A DNA stretch of 64,000 bases from Podarcis filfolensis (taxonomy: Eukaryota): NCBI GenBank assembly GCA_964270895.1, contig OZ185440.1. One strand, given 5' to 3'. The position numbers were made by a program, and so were the translations under genes. Positions 61,979 to 64,000 of this stretch are shown here, one piece after another (position 1 is the stretch's first letter; each line of letters begins with the position of its first letter). The notes beneath the pieces were generated by a model. The model made no database searches, was not told where the DNA came from, and saw only the letters and a list, made by a program, of their open reading frames with translations.

Positions 61979-62555
61979 TCTCTGGGGCCGGCCAGACAGG
62001 GCTGCATGCGGCCGGCTCCTGCTACCTGGGCGTGATGGGCTGGAGCATTCGAATGACAGAAAGAGGACAGAGGAACGAGCAACCCCACGACTCCGTCAGT
62101 TTTGCTGTTCTGCCAGTAGAGGCTGTATATATGGAACTGGAATCTCTGTGTAGGCCTGACGTGACTCCCTCTCTGGGGCCGGCTGCCTGCCCGGCCTGGC
62201 CCAGCCTGCAGCCCCCTAGGGCGCTTGCTCCACATGGTTAGAGACGTAGATTGTTTTCCCTTTTGTTGGCTTCCGATTTCCATTGGCATCTTTCTCTCTC
62301 TCTCTGCTCATATTTGCGCCTGTAGCAAGACCGTGGCGCCATGTTTGGGGCACTCGCCCTTATTACTTTGAGTCCAATATCGCAACAACCGCGGTCAAGC
62401 CCCCCTCCCCTTTTCCTGTGTGAATCTGTTACTGTGTCTCCTGCGTGTCAGCTAAATATTGACTGAGCAGCATCCAGACAGCCCCCCCCCTTCTTCGGCA
62501 GGCTTCTTCCCTCCTTCCCTTCTGTTTTGAATAAACACTAACCCTCTGATTCCTT
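61979..62555 (+). other. ERI3: ERI3 3'UTR (end approximate)
   Basis: Runs from the stop codon to about 20 nt after the first AATAAA; GC/CpG-rich. Confidence 0.65.
62530..62535 (+). terminator. Polyadenylation signal AATAAA of ERI3
   Basis: First AATAAA I found after the stop codon, followed by a GU/U-rich tract (ttccttctgtatgtg). Further AATAAA hexamers occur near 63043 and 63298. Confidence 0.65.
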
Positions 62556-63653
62556 CTGTATGTGATCTGAGGAAGCTCGGCTCTTTCTGTTCAAGGTAAA
62601 GTGCCTGTATTCCCTGCCCACCAAGAGCCACCTATCTCCCTGGGGCTTCATTCAGCAGGGGTTATCGTAGGCAGGAGCATCCTGGCTGATGCTCACCGCC
62701 ATGTCCTGCATTTCTTGAACCCTGTGATCCCTTGCTCATGCCTCCCCAGAACATGGGGAATCCTACTGTGCATCCACCCTGCACTTGCGCATGGCCCCCC
62801 TATGGAGCATGCAGTCCATTGCAGGCAGTGGACGTGCCCATTACTGCTAGCCCAGCAGGGGGCTGTGTTCCCATTACCCAGCAGGGATCTGCAAATTGAC
62901 TGACATCTCTGTTACTGCCCCTTTGCTCACCTGACCTCCTCCTCCTCCTACAACGGCTGCAACTGACTTGTTGCTTTGAGAGGTGTGGCCTATTCTTCCT
63001 ATCCTATTCCCATCACCTTGGTCCAGTGTGGGAAGAGGGAAATAAAGAATGAATCGCTCTCTCCCAGCTCAGTATTTTCCTGAAACCTTCTGCCCTAGCT
63101 TTTGCTGAATGGATCCCCAGATGGATAGGCTCCAGCTGCCACCTACCTGGGAGCCACACCAAGAGTCAGGCTGTGAGCTGATACAGGCACTGGGCCTTAC
63201 CGGTAAATAATGCATGGTGTGTGGATGTTCCAGCTGAACCCAACCTGACCTCCTCATTGGCTCGTTATTCCCATCCTTGCTGTAAATGTGCCACATGAAT
63301 AAAGTTTGGGGGAAAGGAACCTGGCTCCTTGTATGCTGTAAGGGAGCGGGGCCGGGGGGAGGCTTTATCTGAAATATGCTGCTAAGTAAACTCCTTTTCC
63401 CAATACCTCTTCAACTGCCCATGCAATCTGGCAGTAACTGCACAGATGTTTCTCCCATCCTTAAATGCATTTGCGTTCTGGGATTGTTTTGTGACACAAG
63501 TATCATGTACCTTCATGAGAGAAAATCACCCACATATTCCCATCTGTAGCCAAAACAAAAGCTGCTTCCTTATTAGTTCTTCCCCAGGAAAGTATCTTGA
63601 GAATAGGTCATACTTTCCTTCACAATAGTTAGCCTCCTGCCCTGTGCTCTACA

Positions 63654-63760
63654 CCAGGGGTGGGAAACCTCCAGCCCACAGCCCTAATCAGGCCTCAGGG
63701 GCCATTTTGTCCAAGTCACACTCACCTGCCTCACACCTGACATAATGTGATGTCAGGCAA
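63654..63760. mobile_element. hAT-type MITE fragment
   Basis: ccaggggtgggaaacctccagccc terminus and the internal palindrome cctgacataatgtgatgtcagg. Confidence 0.5.
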
Positions 63761-64000
63761 AAATACAGCTGCAAAGGAAGAAGCAGGAACCTTAAAGTTT
63801 GAACCTGCTTCTTCCTTAGCAAGTGGAGCTTGCATTTGACACCTTTTAGATTTGGAGCTCCCAAGTAGAGCTGAGCTTTGCTGAAAGTGGTATTTGCACC
63901 CACTGCCAATCAGTGGGCACCATTAAAATGTTTTCATACCATCTATTTAACATTACTGAAGGGCCCCTCAATGAAAGGAGGATCCTGAAGAAGCCAAATA

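Noticed and set aside
1-64000. CRISPR array, prokaryotic operon or defence system
   Set aside because: No regularly spaced direct repeats with spacers and no gene-dense coding sequence; the DNA is vertebrate intronic sequence.

Overview
Vertebrate nuclear DNA, almost certainly a squamate reptile and probably a lacertid lizard (inferred from Sauria SINEs and the L1, L2, CR1 and MITE families present). The only host coding sequence I could recognise is the terminal exon of ERI3, a DEDDh 3'-5' exoribonuclease, on the + strand. Its CDS is 61896-61978 and reads (D)DCKNIANIMKTLAHRGFIFKQTSKPF*, followed by a 3'UTR with AATAAA at 62530. I did not find the preceding exon by eye, so 1-61895 appears to be one intron of more than 61.8 kb. 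That intron contains many CpG-retaining, homeobox-motif-rich, repeat-free blocks that look like conserved non-coding enhancers. This fits my recollection that ERI3 lies beside RNF220 in a CNE-dense regulatory block, but conservation cannot be proven from this sequence alone. Between these blocks are a 5'-truncated 3.2-kb L1 nested in an older SINE, a solo LTR, two Sauria SINEs, four Tc1/Tigger-like MITEs, hAT and Harbinger-like MITEs, CR1/L2 fragments, microsatellites and a 140-N gap. I found no prokaryotic-type system, CRISPR array or novel protein-coding operon. The most interesting unexplained signals are two short near-identical direct duplicates in unique sequence (43 nt and 28 nt), a candidate 40-nt stop-containing microexon, and a catalytic motif split across the giant intron.
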